Shown here one piece after another: positions 17,511 to 35,006 of a DNA stretch of 64,000 bases. A model generated the notes under the pieces. It was not told the DNA's origin, made no database searches, and worked only from the letters and a program-made list of their open reading frames with translations. Source of the stretch: the human T2T-CHM13v2.0 reference genome, Homo sapiens. Numbering within the stretch: position 1 is the first letter of the stretch; every line of letters begins with the position of its first letter. Where the stretch lies: positions 14,912,001 through 14,976,000 of the forward strand of contig CP086569.2 in the NCBI GenBank assembly GCA_009914755.4. Direction: 5' to 3'. The translations under genes were made by a program, and so were the position numbers.

Positions 17511-17992
17511 TAAGAGACAAAAAACAACAATGTCTTTCTACATCATTGAAACTGTTTGAATGAAAGCCTCGGTCGACTACTTAGTGAAATGTAAAACCGT
17601 GGACATTTGGAAAAGAAAATGATCCTACACAATATTTATTAAAACTTCCTCCCTGAGATTGTTTTTCCAAAAATAAGTAATGTGTGTGGCAAAAAAGTTA
17701 AGAGAATTTCAGGGTTACAATCTTGTTAACAACAGAATTGGGATTTAAATCTGTTTTGAAACCTAGTTAATATGTCTTGCCCACCTGTCTATGTCATAAA
17801 CAAAGACAACTATTATTAAAACAACAACAATACAATGTTTCTTACTTCCAAACACAAATACGTATCCATTCAAAAAACTAGTAATTAAGTATGCACTACA
17901 CGTTAGGCAACGTTCCCCAAACGGCCACTTCCAATTATTGGATTTAATATGTCTGCACCCTATTTTATCCATGTTTAAAATTATAACTGTAG

Positions 17993-18301
17993 GACTGGGA
18001 GAGGTGGCTCACGCCTGTAATCCCAGCACTCTGGGAGGCCAAGGTGGGCAGATCATGAGCTCAAGAGTTCAAGACCATCCTGGCCAGCATGGTGAAACAC
18101 TATCTCTACTAAAAAAAAAAGAAAAAAGAAAAATGCAAAAATTAACTGGGCGTGGTGATGTGCACCTGTAGTCCCAGCTACTTGGGAGGCTGAGGCAGGA
18201 GAATGGAGAATCGGTTGAACATGAGAGGTGGAGGTTGCAGTGAGCTGAGATCGTGCCACTGCACTCCAGCCTGGACGACAGAGTGAGACTCCATCTCCAA
18301 A
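17993..18301 (+). mobile_element. Alu SINE (mirror of 13722..14030)
   Basis: Palindrome symmetry. 'ggactgggagaggtggctcacgcctgtaatcccagcactctgggaggccaaggtgggcagatcatgagctcaagagttcaagaccatcctggcc...'. Confidence 0.9.
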
Positions 18302-19033
18302 TAAATCAATAAATAAATTATAAATGTAATGCACTGTGGTTATCTGGAAGAATCCAATGAGACAGTACATCATATTTTATAAAATGTAAAGCAATATATG
18401 CAAATGCAAAGAACTATGTATTTGGAAAACTAAGTGTGAACTGGACCTTGTTCTTTCATAGTCTATGACTGGAACCTGAAACATGTTCAAATATCATCCA
18501 GGACGCTGGCATGAGAGTTGCTGAGTTGCTCAAAATTAACAAGGTCAGATGGAATTGACAAATATTTCACATTGGTTTTTGTTCTAAACCTCTGCAGGAA
18601 GGAATTCATGATTAAGTGATGTCATGTGTTTAAACAAGAACAGGAGAGCAAGTTGCTGAAGCTAATAGTTCAGGGGAGGACCTCTGCTGCCTGTGGATAA
18701 GATACACATTATTAGTTAATTGGTGCACTGTGGAAAGCCGGAAACAGGAAATCACCATTCTGTAATACTGTGCTCTATAAATCAGCTCAAACTCGTGGAT
18801 TTTTGATAACTTTGCTAAGGTCTCAATGTGCTCCTATTTTTTTTTTTTTTTCTATTATACTTTAAGTTTTAGGGTACATGTGCACATTGTGCAGGTTAGT
18901 TACATATGTATGCATGTGCCATGCTGGTGCACCACACCCACTATATCTCCCAATGCTATCCCTCCCCCCTCCCCCCACCCCACAACAGTCCCCAGAGTGT
19001 GATATTCCCCTTCCTGTGTCCATGTGATCTCAT

Positions 19034-22863
<3,830 letters not shown>

Positions 22864-22923
22864 TATGATGTTAGCTGGTTCTTTTGCTCGTTAGTTGATG
22901 CAGTTTCTTCCTAGTCTTGATGG

Positions 22924-23942
22924 TCTTTACATTTTGGCATGATTTTGCAGCGGCTGGTAGCGGTTGTTCCTTTCCATGTTTAGCGCTTCCTTCAGGAGCT
23001 CTCTTAGGGCAGGCCTGGTGGTGACAAAATCTCTCAGCATTTGCTTGTCTGCAAAGTATTTTATTTCTCCTTCGCTTATGAAGCTTAGTTTGGCTGGATA
23101 TGAAATTCTGGGTTGAAAATTCTTTTCTTTAAAAATGTTGAATATTGGCCCCCACTCTCTTCTGGCTTGTAGGGTTTCTGCCGAGAGATCCACTGTTAGT
23201 CTGATGGGCTCCCCTTTGAGGGTAACCCGACCTTTCTCTCTGGCTGCCCTTAACATTTTTTCCTTCATTTCAACTTTGGTGAATCTGACAATTATGTGTC
23301 TTGGAGTTGCTCTTCTCGAGGAGTATCTTTGTAGCGTTCTCTGTATTTCCTGAATCTGAACATTGGCCTGCCTTGCTAGATTGGGGAAGTTCTCCTGGAT
23401 AATATCCTGCAGAGTGTTTTCCAACTTGGTTCCATTCTCCCCATCCTTTCAGGTACACCAATCAGACGTAGATTTGGTCTTTTCACATAGTCCCATATTG
23501 CTTGGAGGCTTTGCTCATTTCTTTTTATTCTTTTTTCTCTAAGCTTCCCTTCTCACTTCATTTCATTCATTTCATCTTCCATCGCTGATACCCTTTCTTC
23601 CAGTTGATCGCATCGGCTCCTGAGGCTTCTGCATTCTTCACGTAGTTCTCGAGCCTTGGTTTTCAGCTCCATCAGCTCCTTTAAGCACTTCTCTGTATTG
23701 GTTATTCTAGTTATACATTCTTCTAAACCTTTTTCAAAGTTTTCAACTTCTTTGCCTTTGGTTTGAATGTCCTCCCGTAGCTCAGAGTAATTTGATCGTC
23801 TGAAGCCTTCTTCTCTGAGCTCGTCAAAGTCATTCTCCATCCAGCTTTGTTCCGTTGCTGGTGAGGAACTGCGTTCCTTTGGAGGAGGAGAGTCGCTCTG
23901 CTTTTTAGAGTTTCCATTTTTTCTGTTCTGTTTTTTCCCCAT
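22924..23942 (-). pseudogene. L1 ORF1 remnant (mirror copy). Carries the single arm-to-arm substitution: ...IFNIFKEKNF versus ...IFNILKEKNF.
   Basis: ORF track 23553..23942 and 22927..23424. Nucleotide comparison: left 8890 is C, while the right 23133 reads as T on the equivalent strand. Confidence 0.85.
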
Positions 23943-25054
23943 CTTTGTGGTTTTATCTACTTTTGGTCTTTGATGATGGTGATATACAGATGGGTTTTTG
24001 GTGTGGATGTCCTTTCTGTTTGTTAGTTTTCCTTCTAACAGACAGGACCCTCAGCTGCAGGTCTGTTGGAATACCCTGCCGTGTGAGGTGTCAGTGTTCC
24101 CCTGCTGGGGGTTGCCTCCCAGTTAGGCTGCTCAGGGGTCAGGGGTCAGGGACCCACTTGAGGAGGCAGTCTGCCCGTTCTCAGATCTCCAGCTGTGCGC
24201 TGGGAGAACCACTGCTCTCTTCAAAGCTGTCAGACAGGGACATTTAAGTCTGCAGAGGTTACTGCTGTCTTTTTGTTTGTCTGTGCCCTGCCCCCAGAGG
24301 TGGAGCCTACAGAGGCAGGCAGGCCTCCTTGAGCTGTGGTGGGGTCCGCCCAGTTCGAGCTTCCCGGCTGCTTTGTTTACCTAAGCAAGCCTGGGCAATG
24401 GCGGGCGCCCCTCCCCCAGCCTCGCTGCCGCCTTGCAGTTTGATCTCAGACTGCTGTGCTAGCAATCAGTGAGACTCAGTGGGCGTAGGACCCTCCGAGC
24501 CAGGTGCGGGTTATAATCTCGTGGTGCGCCGTTTTTTAAGCCCGTTGGAAAAGCGCAGTATTCGGGTGGGAGTGACCCAATTTTCCATGTGCCCTCTGTC
24601 ACCCCTTTCTTTGACTCAGAGAGGGAACTCCCTGACCCCTTGGCTTCCCAAGTGAGGCAATGCCTCGCCCTGCTTCGGCTCGCGCATGGTGTGCACACTC
24701 ACTGACCTGTGCCCACTGTCTGGCACTCCCTAGAGAGATGAACCCGGTACCTCAGATGGAAATGCAGAAATCACCCTCTTCTGCTCCGCTCACGCTGGGA
24801 GCTGTAGACCGGAGCTGTTCCTATTCGGCCATCTTGGCTCCTCCCTTTTTTTTCTTAAAGGAAGAAATTAAATAATCTGTATTTGAGATAATATAATCGC
24901 CAATGCAAAACAAACCTAAAGACAAAATAAATCTTTCTATAACTAAGTAAATCTAGCATGATTGCAGAATACAAATTGCATATATAGTAGCCAGTCTTAT
25001 CTTTAAATAACAGAAAATAAAAATTAGAATTATAATTGAAATACTGATATGGTT

Positions 25055-25323
25055 TGGCTGTGCCCCCACCCAATTCTCATCTTGAGTTTATAGCTCCCAT
25101 AATTCCCATGTGTTGTGGGAGGGAGCCGGTGGCAGATAATTGAATCATGGGGGCAGTTTCTCCATACTGTTCTCATAGTAATAAGTCTCACAAGTTCTGG
25201 TGGTTTTAAAGTGGTTTCCCCTTTTGCTTGGCTCTCATTCTCTCTTGCCTCATGCCATGTATTAGTGTGTCAGGTTGCCTAGGCTACAGTCTTCTGTCAT
25301 TCGATCTAGTTGTTGCTGTGAAA
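25055..25323 (+). mobile_element. MaLR (THE1/MST-type) LTR fragment (mirror of 6700..6968)
   Basis: 'tgatatggtttggctgtgcccccacccaattctcatcttgagtttatagctcccataattcccatgtgttgtgggagggagccggtggcagataattgaatcatggggg...'. Confidence 0.7.
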
Positions 25324-26678
25324 GGACTTTGCAGATATAAAGTATGAACAGCTGCTAAAACATTTGCATATTATATCTGTCTATCTATAGATTGATTTGT
25401 TATCAGGAATTCACTTAAGTAATTGTAGACCTTAGTAAGGAGGGGAAGATCACCAACAGGCTTAAACTTCACAGGCACAAGCTGAAACTATTGTCCACAA
25501 GTAGAATTTCTCCTTCCTCCTCTTTCTCCTCTTCTTCCTCTTTCTCTCTGCTCTCTCATCCTTCTCTATCTTTTTTCTTTCTTTCTCCTCAGACTAGCTT
25601 TTAAGGCCTTTCAGTGTAAAGTCAGGCCCACCCAGGTTGCATAAGATAATCTCTTTTACTTAAAATAGGCTTCTATTTCTAATCAGCTTCCTTTTTTCTT
25701 GAATTCAGGTGTCTGTGTTTATTTGCAAAAGTTCCCGAGATCCTATAATTAGCAACCTCCATATGAATATTTTTGAAACCAGCCCAGCCCACATATTGGG
25801 TAAAACTGTACCTGAAAGCATAAATGTTTTCAAAATTGAGTAGAAGATGATCAGGTATTACTATCCTTTTGGAATAAGAAAAGAAGTCATAAAGTGCATT
25901 TCTGGCAAGATAAAGGTGTGTGCACAATCCATTGCTATGACTTGTAAAATATTCTCTACAGCATAAAATATTCCACTATAGAACATTCTTGCCTAGTTTG
26001 GATGTAGCTGTTTTTTCCTTAGAGTACAGTTGCTCTTCATGTTTTATTTTGAAGTTCATCTGTCCCCCAAAGTGAAGAATATTGAATGCTAAAATATCAA
26101 CTTCTAGTTTTACTTTAAAAAGTGAAAGAAAATAATCCTCTGAGGCACATCGACTGCATAATATTTGCACATTCCAAAATAATTAAATAAAATAAATCTA
26201 GCTAGTGTCAATACAAGAGCTGTTTCTGCAACCAATAAGTTAATAATAATTAGGCTCAGACCTCTATCTTAGTGGTCTGTGACCCAACACAAGTTTTTAA
26301 CTTTGCCAAAATCGTGAAGGTCAGAGAAGAGCAAATAAACAGTGAAACGGAGAAAGTTGAATTACAATTGAACAATTTGAATATTGAAAGCATCATAAGT
26401 AGTCAATTAAGAAGGTCAGTTTTTCAAAAGCTTTAGGAAACATGAAAAGTACCATAAAATGTGAAATGCCTCCAGATACTGCTAAATGCCCCCTGGGAGG
26501 GCAAAATCACCTCTGGTTTAGAACCACTAATAAGTAATCCAGTGGCTGTGAAAATATCACTCATGTGAAACAAAATATTGATAAGTCAGTTTATCATTAG
26601 CATTTATACTTATCCATGTGTATATTTGTTTTCTTTTTTCTTTTTTACTTCCTTGTGTGTTCAAAGACAGATGTTGCT

Positions 26679-26856
26679 CTGTCACCCATGCTGGAGTAGA
26701 GCCGTGCAATGAAGACCCACTGCAGCCTTGAACTCCTGGGTTCAAGCAATCCTCCCACTTCAGCCTGTGTTGCCCAGGCTGATCTTGAACTCCTACCCTC
26801 AAGTGATCCTCCCACCTCAAAGCACTGGGATTACAGGCATGATCCACTTCACCTAG
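26679..26856 (-). mobile_element. Partial Alu-like SINE (mirror of 5168..5345)
   Basis: Palindrome symmetry plus the antisense Alu consensus 'ctgtgttgcccaggctgatcttgaactcctaccctcaagtgatcctcccacctcaaagcactgggattacaggcatgatc'. Confidence 0.7.
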
Positions 26857-29245
26857 GCTGCTTTCATCGTTTGTTGAGCCATAGTTCCAAAAGATAGTTA
26901 TCAATAACACTTTGGTGAATAAAAACTTAATAATGACAGAACAGGCAGAAACTCCATCCCTCGTTCTTATTGACTCTTGGATCATTAGGCTGCAGTAATA
27001 GCCTCGTAGAGGTATCAAGAAGGAGAGAAAACAGGCCCTGCTCTTTGTTCTTTCTACATTCTATTGAAAGCTACTACATTACCTTTAAGCCACTTGGATT
27101 TTAACCTCCTGGCCCTACTCCCACAGAGCTGCTTCCTGACCTCCACGGAAATGGTGCCTTTGGTTAGATCCTTACATAATTGTGCTACCTTGGGCAAGTC
27201 CCTTTGTCTCTCTAAAAATAAATTTCTTTCCCTATTGGTTCCATATTTCATACTTTATAACCCTTGGTTTATGTGGCTCAGTAAATGTAATCTTCACTTA
27301 GAAGTGCCTCATTTGCTGTGAGGAGGATAATAGCAGTGATGCAAAGGTCATATTTTGCAAACTTTACTGATGTGCTTCCGTTTTTGCATTTCTGTGAGCA
27401 TATCCTTCTCGCTAGGCATCCTGAGGCATTCTGAGGTATCCAGAGGCCTAAGGCAGAGAGAGTGGCTTCTGAACTATTGCTACAAAATGCAGAATATCGA
27501 GCTACTGAGTAAAGTGCAAAGGGAAATAAAGAGGCCGTGTTGAGCTATTGACAAGCACAGGGGTTTTTTTTTCTTTCTTTCTTTAGAGACAACAGCTGTA
27601 AAGACCATAATTTGTTGAGAGAGACAAAAGGATTCTTTAAGTCAAAATTTTCCAGATTGTAACCTTTAAGATTTAACCTATTATGAGGCCACACACACAG
27701 TTTCTCTCTCTTTCTCTACATGCACACACATAGACATACACACGGGCACACACATACACAAGATATAACAGATTTCAATGTTATGCCAAGAGTAAAGAGA
27801 ACTCAGGATACAAGGTAATGTTTTGTAATCCTGGCTGCATGTTGGAAATGATTTGCAAAACACTATTTCATGTAGGACATACCCCGAACAGTGACTGAGA
27901 ATCTGCATGACCCAAACATCAGCATTTTTTAAAAGCTTCCCTGGTACAGTCAAGTTTAAGAATCACTGATGTTGGACAAAAAAACAAGCTGTTTCTTCCA
28001 AACCAGGGACATGCAGGAAGAAGATGTGGATGAGAGTAAAACTGACAGTAGGAGCATATAACTTGATCTCCTTCCTTGGGGTACCGCTGAGATGAGTTTA
28101 CATGGGTTGAGAGTCACACTGGTGGGTGGAGTGCTGCTTGCTCTTTTGGAAAGTGGGAGAAGACATTTGCACAGATGTCCCACAGCAACGAGGGTGGCCA
28201 CCTGTGGAGGCAGTATGTATGTCTGTGTTAGCAGAAGATTCTACTCCCTGTATCACTGGGGAGAAGTACAGTTGGCAGGCAGTACAGACTGGTGGACTTC
28301 CCACGGGGTTGCTGCAGGCGGAGTTGCCTGCTAACAACCAGAGGCAGAGCAGAATGCAGGGGCTAGCAATGGAAGAGGAGTCGCCACCAGACATCTAGTA
28401 GCAGCAAGAGCTCAAGTGGGGCTAAGTCCATAGGGAAAGACCATTAGACCTCCAACATGCTAGAAGAGACAAAACTAAGAAATATTCCAAGGCAAAAACT
28501 GCATATCAAATGGAGGAGTTTTGTGGCTGGATGGAGACAAACCCCACACAGAGGGAACAAGCCATGCACATACAGGGACCAGAGAGAGCCCAGGGCCCCC
28601 ATCCCATTGTACAAAGTGACACCTTCATAAACTTATCCACCATCTTGGGGAAGAGGAAGGTGAGTAGGGCTCTCACCAGCTGAGCATCTACCCAAAGGGT
28701 CTAAGGTACCCATAAGTGATTGCTTAAAACAGGGGTGATAAGAAATTCCACTTTACTAGAGCAGATGTATAAACTGAAAGGAACTTGCTTAGCAAGAGAC
28801 TGAAATATTTTAAATCGGAAATTAGGTTTTCTACCTATTGTGTGCTGTTTATAGAGAAGATTTGACTTTCCACAGAAAACTAAAAGGTCATATTTTTAAA
28901 ATCAGTATGAGTAGAATGTAAGTTAAGTGAATGCATTCTATGCGTAGAATGCAAGTTAAGTTTAGCAGGGAGGATGATGAGCTATTATTGGTACATAAGT
29001 GTGAATTCCTCTGCTACAAAGAGAAGTAGGAGGATAGATAAATAAATTAGTTACTCTCCTCTTTTGCAAATTTGGAAATAATGTGAATAAATGTTCAACT
29101 CTGTTACTGTAACTGTTTTCAAGAAACTCACCAGCACTTTTATTCAAAAGCTTGTCATTATCAAAATGAAAGTGTAATCATAGATACAGCAGCTGCGTGG
29201 GAACATATTTGCTTCAGATAATGCTCCAACCATTAAAAAAAAAAG

Positions 29246-29247
29246 AA

Positions 29248-29295
<48 letters not shown>

Positions 29296-29302
29296 AAAGA
29301 AT
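29246..29302. repeat. (GAAA)n microsatellite (mirror of the (TTTC)n)
   Basis: 'aaagaaaagaaagaaagaaagaaag...' read directly. Confidence 0.9.
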
Positions 29303-29986
29303 GGCAGCTGTCACTATGTTAATCTTTGCATTAACGGCATGACAAGTAATGCAATCCAAGGTTGGCCTGCCTGGGGTGAATGTGTGATAGCTCAGAATGC
29401 TGGACCCCCTTGGCAGTGACCATTGTGTTGTTTAAATGGCAGAAAAAGTCAAAATATGGCAAGGTGAGAACTTGCATGTAATAAGATTCCTTCACATCTT
29501 GGAACTTTTCTGAGATGCTGAAGCTGAGGTGGCCAGGTCATTAAACAGCTCCAAAGGCTGAACCAGATTGCTTAGAAAAACCCAGTGGGAGCCTTGGACA
29601 TTTATTCACCCATTGAATAAAGGAAGTCTCATGGAATCAGAAGAGATGCACAACATTAATCTTGCAAGATACACACGTTTAAAATCTAGAAGAGACAAGT
29701 GAAGGTGAAAAAGTGACAGGAAAAATGTAAGAGAGGGACTGCCTAAAAAAAGAGTGAATGCCCAAAATAATGGATCAGTAAATAGTTGCATGGATTCAAC
29801 AAGAAATAAGCATCAAATAAAAATAAATAATGACAGAAATAGATTATAACCTGTTTAATAAAAGGACTCTATGAGCCCAGGTTATACGTTACTGTGCAAT
29901 GTCAATTGATAGAATGTAGAAGAAATGGTGGAATTAGAATATTGCTATTTCATAATGATAACTATAATAATTCATTCAAGAAATAT

Positions 29987-30269
29987 TAATGCCCGGCACT
30001 TTGGGAGGCTGAGGTGGGAGAATTGCTTGAGGCCAGGAGTTCAAGAGCAGCCTGGGAAATGCGGCAAGACCTGATCTCTGCAAAGACAATTAAAAATTAG
30101 CTGGGCCTGATGACTGTCCCTGTAGTCCCAGCTACTCAGGAGGCTGAGGTAGGAGGATCAGTTGATCCTAGGAGTTGGAGGCTGCAATGAGCTATGATTG
30201 CACCTCTGTACTTCAGCCTGGGCAAGAGAGCAAGACCCTGCCTTAAAAAAAAAAAAAAGAGAGAGAGAG
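29987..30269 (+). mobile_element. Alu SINE (mirror of 1755..2037)
   Basis: 'aatgcccggcactttgggaggctgaggtgggagaattgcttgaggccaggagttcaagagcagcctgg...'. Confidence 0.88.
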
Positions 30270-30654
30270 AAAAAGAAATATCAATAGATATTTGTGTACA
30301 ATATGGGTACAAATTTGACGAGGAATGTAATATTTACATGGATACCAAAGTACCTCTGTACAAAGTTCTGTTGATTACTACAGAAAAACTTGGAATACTC
30401 TGCCCTAATGAAGTGATCAAGATGGACAAGCCAGGAGACAAATCTACCACCAGACGGGATGCAGGGCAAAGAACACAGAATGACATTTGTAGTGTTCCTG
30501 CTACATATGCATAATCCAAATCTAATGATGAGCAAACACAAGAAAAAATGACGAGGCAAACTAACAGGCATGAAACCTTCAAAAACATCAAGGTCATGAC
30601 AGTCCAAGAAAGGCTAAGAGACAATTTCAGATTAAAAGAGACATCCCCCCACCA

Positions 30655-30694
<40 letters not shown>

Positions 30695-30815
30695 CAGCTA
30701 AATACAATGCATGATTCCCTATTGAATCTTTCCACTGTGAGGGACATTATGAGGACAACTGGCAAACTTTGAAGGGGATCTGTGGCAGTTAACATGCCAA
30801 GTTTTAAGTTTCTGA

Positions 30816-31264
<449 letters not shown>

Positions 31265-31280
31265 CCAATATCCTCCCACT

Positions 31281-31575
31281 TTTTTTTTTTTTTTTTTTTT
31301 TCCCCCCGAGTGGGAGTCTCGCTCTGTCGCCCAGTGTGGAGGGCAGTGGCACATCTCGGCTCACTGCAAGCTCTGCCTCCCGTGTTCACGCCATTCTCCT
31401 GCCTCAGCCTCCAGAGTAGCTGGGACTACAGGCGCCCGTCACCACGCCCGGCTAATTTTTTTTGTATTCTTGGTACAGACGGGGTTTCACCGTGTTAGTC
31501 AGGATGGTCTCGATCTCCTGACCTCGTGATCCACCCGCCTCATCCTCCCAAAGCGCTGGGATTACAGGCGCAATT
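31281..31575 (-). mobile_element. Alu SINE antisense (mirror of 449..743)
   Basis: T-tract, then 'gagtgggagtctcgctctgtcgcccagtgtggagggcagtggcacatctcggctcactgcaagctctgcctcc...gggattacaggcgc'. Confidence 0.9.
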
Positions 31576-33740
31576 ATTCTTAAGATTAAGAGTATTTCAA
31601 AAATTTTAAAAATATATTATACATGGATTAAATCAATGAGAATTTAAAAAGATGTCAGAAAAATAAGTTTTGAATAACCAGAAATATTCTGTTAATACAT
31701 TGTTGAAAATACATATTCAGAGTCACTACAAATAACTTAGGAAACAAGTAAACCTTTATGTCTGCAGTAAAAAAAAAATACTTGCTATTCAAAGAAATTG
31801 AATTTGTTTAGGAGTGTGAATGAAGAAATATTACATTAGAGGAAAAAGTACTCTTGTTTTTTCACATTATTTTTAAAAAGGCAAGGATAAATAGCTATAT
31901 TGAAGGGACAATTATCTTCTTTAAAAATATTTTTTTCAGAGTGAGACTGTTTAATCTGATTGAGATTTTTAAAAATTGACCTGCATGTATATGGTACACA
32001 TATTATTCAAGTCCAAATAGCTTTACATCAATGATAGTGATCAAACAAATTGGTTTGATCGTAACATCTTGAGGCACATTAATTTTGAATGCCTAGTCAG
32101 GTAGAGTTCAAACAGCCTAGATAGGTATCTGTAGCAACCCCTGGAGGAATTTTTAACTGGGCAATAAAAGTATGTTAGAGTGATTGTGCTGTGTACATCT
32201 TCAATAAATTGTTGTGATATAATTTGCCAAGTCTCCCACACTGTGGAATTAGTACAATCCTTCTATGCAGAGGGCATCAATCTAGCTCAGTGGTTCCCAC
32301 CCAGGGGTGACGTTGTCCCCCAGGGCACATTAGGCAACGTCTGGAGGCATTTTTAGTTGTCACCAGGGAGGGTGATGTTCCTGGCATCGAGTGCATGGAG
32401 GCCAGGGATGCTGCAAAATATTCACAAGGCCCAAGACAATCCCACCACAGAGGATGATCCAGCTCCAAATGTCAGTAGCGCTGTGACTGAGGGCCACTGA
32501 CCTCGGTTCTTGTGCAAACCACCCACTTTGGGGTAAGTTTAGCATGGGCAGGTCCCAGGGAAGTTAAAAGCAAGAAAGCCAAGTGGGGGTAAACAGATTG
32601 TTCTTTCAGTGGATGGAGGGAACAGCCAATCTTGCTTGGGAAACACAAACACACTTGCTTTGGAAACAAAAGTTTACTAATTATATTTATGTCTCTCCAG
32701 GTTATAAGATGGAAGCTTCTCACAGTGGAAGTTTTATTTGTTAATTTTCTGAATAAAGCTAATAAAATTTGTAGGTATCAAGACCCACACTTGGATATAA
32801 ACTGGGTTTCCTTTTTAGACTCCACAAATTGATGCGGAGATGCTGTGAGTGGAAGGTGATCTTAACTTTTTTTTTTTTTTTTTTTTTGAGTCAACTGCAT
32901 AAGCAATAAAGATTGTTAACAAAATAAAACTTTGTATTTTTCCCCATATCCCTACAATCTGTCTCTAGATGGAATATTTCTTTTTCTCCTGGCCTTTGCT
33001 GTACTGATTGTTTTACTCCATAAGCCTTGATTATGTCATAGGAGAATTTATGTAGCCGCAAGAAACAAGGAATCCAACCCAAATGGAAAACCCTCCTGGT
33101 CTTTGTCACTCAGAATTCAACATGCTGTTTTCTTTGTCCTTCAGGGACTACCAACACTTGTATCTTGATCATAGATTTCAGCTTACTATCCCTTACTTCC
33201 TGACTTTTACATTCAGCTTGCCATATATTGATAGATTGCAATTGCCAAATTTTCTTTTCTCCAGACATGCCATAGAATCTATTAAGTTGATTTTATTCTT
33301 GTCTGTAGGACAAATTCTTCTGTATTCATAATCCAGTTTAGCAGAAACTTATATTTATGTCTAACCAACATCTACGTCACAAACTTAGCTTCTGACTTTT
33401 CGTGATAGCTTCTGACAGTAAGGTGGGCCAGAGGAAAAAAAAATATGGAATACAGAAACCTAGAACAAAGGGAAATTGCAAATTCCCTTGAATCTGCTTC
33501 TGTTGCTTACTTCCATTAGTCTGTATCTGCCTATAGCTGTCATCCAATTTTTACCTTCAAGCTCTTTGTGTTTTCTTTTTATTCTTCTTTTTTAAGAATT
33601 CTGAACCCTCTGCCAGGAGCTATCCCCTTCCCTGCCAATCAGATGAGCTTATTCTGCTCCTTCAGGTATTTATTTGATTCCTGAACCATAGCTCCACATA
33701 ACCCTACAGACTTGTTCTAAAAAAAAAAAAAAAAAAAAAT

Positions 33741-34069
33741 TCTGGGCGCGGTGGCTCACACCTGTAAGCACATCACTTTAAGGGGCCGAGGTGGGTGGAT
33801 CATGCGGTCAAGAGATCCAGACAATCCTGGCCAACATGGTGAAACCCTGTTTCTACTAAATATACAAAAATTAGCTGGGCATGGTGGCACATGCCTATAG
33901 TCCTAGCTACGCAGGAGGCTGGGACAGGAGAATTGCCTGAACACGGGAGGCAGAGGTTGCAGTGAGTTGAAATCATGCCACTGCCCTCCAGCCTGGCAAC
34001 AGAGTGAGACTCCATCTCAAAAATAAATAAATAAATGAATAAATAAATAAATAAATAAATAAATACCAT
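33741..34069 (+). mobile_element. Alu SINE with (AAATA)n tail. It is preceded by an A21 tract.
   Basis: 'tctgggcgcggtggctcacacctgtaagcacatcactttaaggggccgaggtgggtggatcatgcggtcaagagatccagacaatcctggccaacatggtgaaaccctgtttctactaaa...' through 'gagactccatctcaaaaataaataaataaatg...'. Confidence 0.88.
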
Positions 34070-34564
34070 CAGGCACCTCTGAAGCAGTTTTTTCCTCTAT
34101 TAAGCGAACAATTGAATAATAGCAACCTTAGAAGCCAAGTAAATGTTGCCAAAACAAAGTGTTTGCTTTGCCAGAAAATATTAATGAAAGCATTTCAATA
34201 GCAGTCATAAAACAAATACCTGCAAAATGGGCAAAAAAACACATCAAATATGTTTTGCCATCCTTTCGAAGCACCCGGTTTTGCTTATGCTTAATTTTTT
34301 GACCTAACCACTAACCCAGTAGATATTGTGTGAAATTATATTTCCTAACTCTCCCTACCACCCACAGAAAATTCAGTAAAAAGACTTTGTTTGCCAAAAA
34401 TAGGATATTTGTAGTTAATATACACCCATATCGAATTATTTGAAGTTGCTTAGAATTCAATATGCACACTGGCAATCTGATAGAAAAGGATTGAAAAAAT
34501 GTATATATGCACTGGGCACATTACAATATAGCTCCAGCAAGTCTTGATTTGATGTAAGCCGCCT

Positions 34565-34776
34565 AGAGTATAAAATATATATATATATATATAATATTTA
34601 TATATTTATATGTATATGAATATATATTTATATGTATATGAATATATATTTACATATATTTATATGTATATGAATATATATATTTACATATATTTATATA
34701 TATTTATATGTGTATAATTATATATATTTATATGTGTATAATTATATATATTTATATGTGTATAAGTATATATATT

Positions 34777-34809
<33 letters not shown>

Positions 34810-35006
34810 TTATATGTATATATATTTATATATTTATATGCATATATTTATATATTTATATGTGTATATATTTATATATATTTATATGTGTATATATTTA
34901 TATATATTTATATGTGTATATATTTATATATATTTATATGTGTATATATTTATATATATTTATATGTATATAAATATACATACACACACACACACACACA
35001 CACACA
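34565..35006. repeat. AT-rich complex minisatellite (units resembling tatatatttatatgtgtata) ending in (CA)13
   Basis: Direct reading. Dozens of imperfect 16-26 bp units 'atatatttatatgtatatgaatatat...', then 'cacacacacacacacacacacacacat'. The long ORFs 34708..35194 are repeat artefacts. Confidence 0.85.

Larger units (their letters stand above)
14305..17718. other. Palindrome spacer (3414 bp). It is unique and non-symmetric, and contains a GATA-type STR and two Alus.
   Basis: Reverse-complement symmetry stops at 14304 on the left and 17719 on the right. Sequence in between has no mirror partner. Confidence 0.88.
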
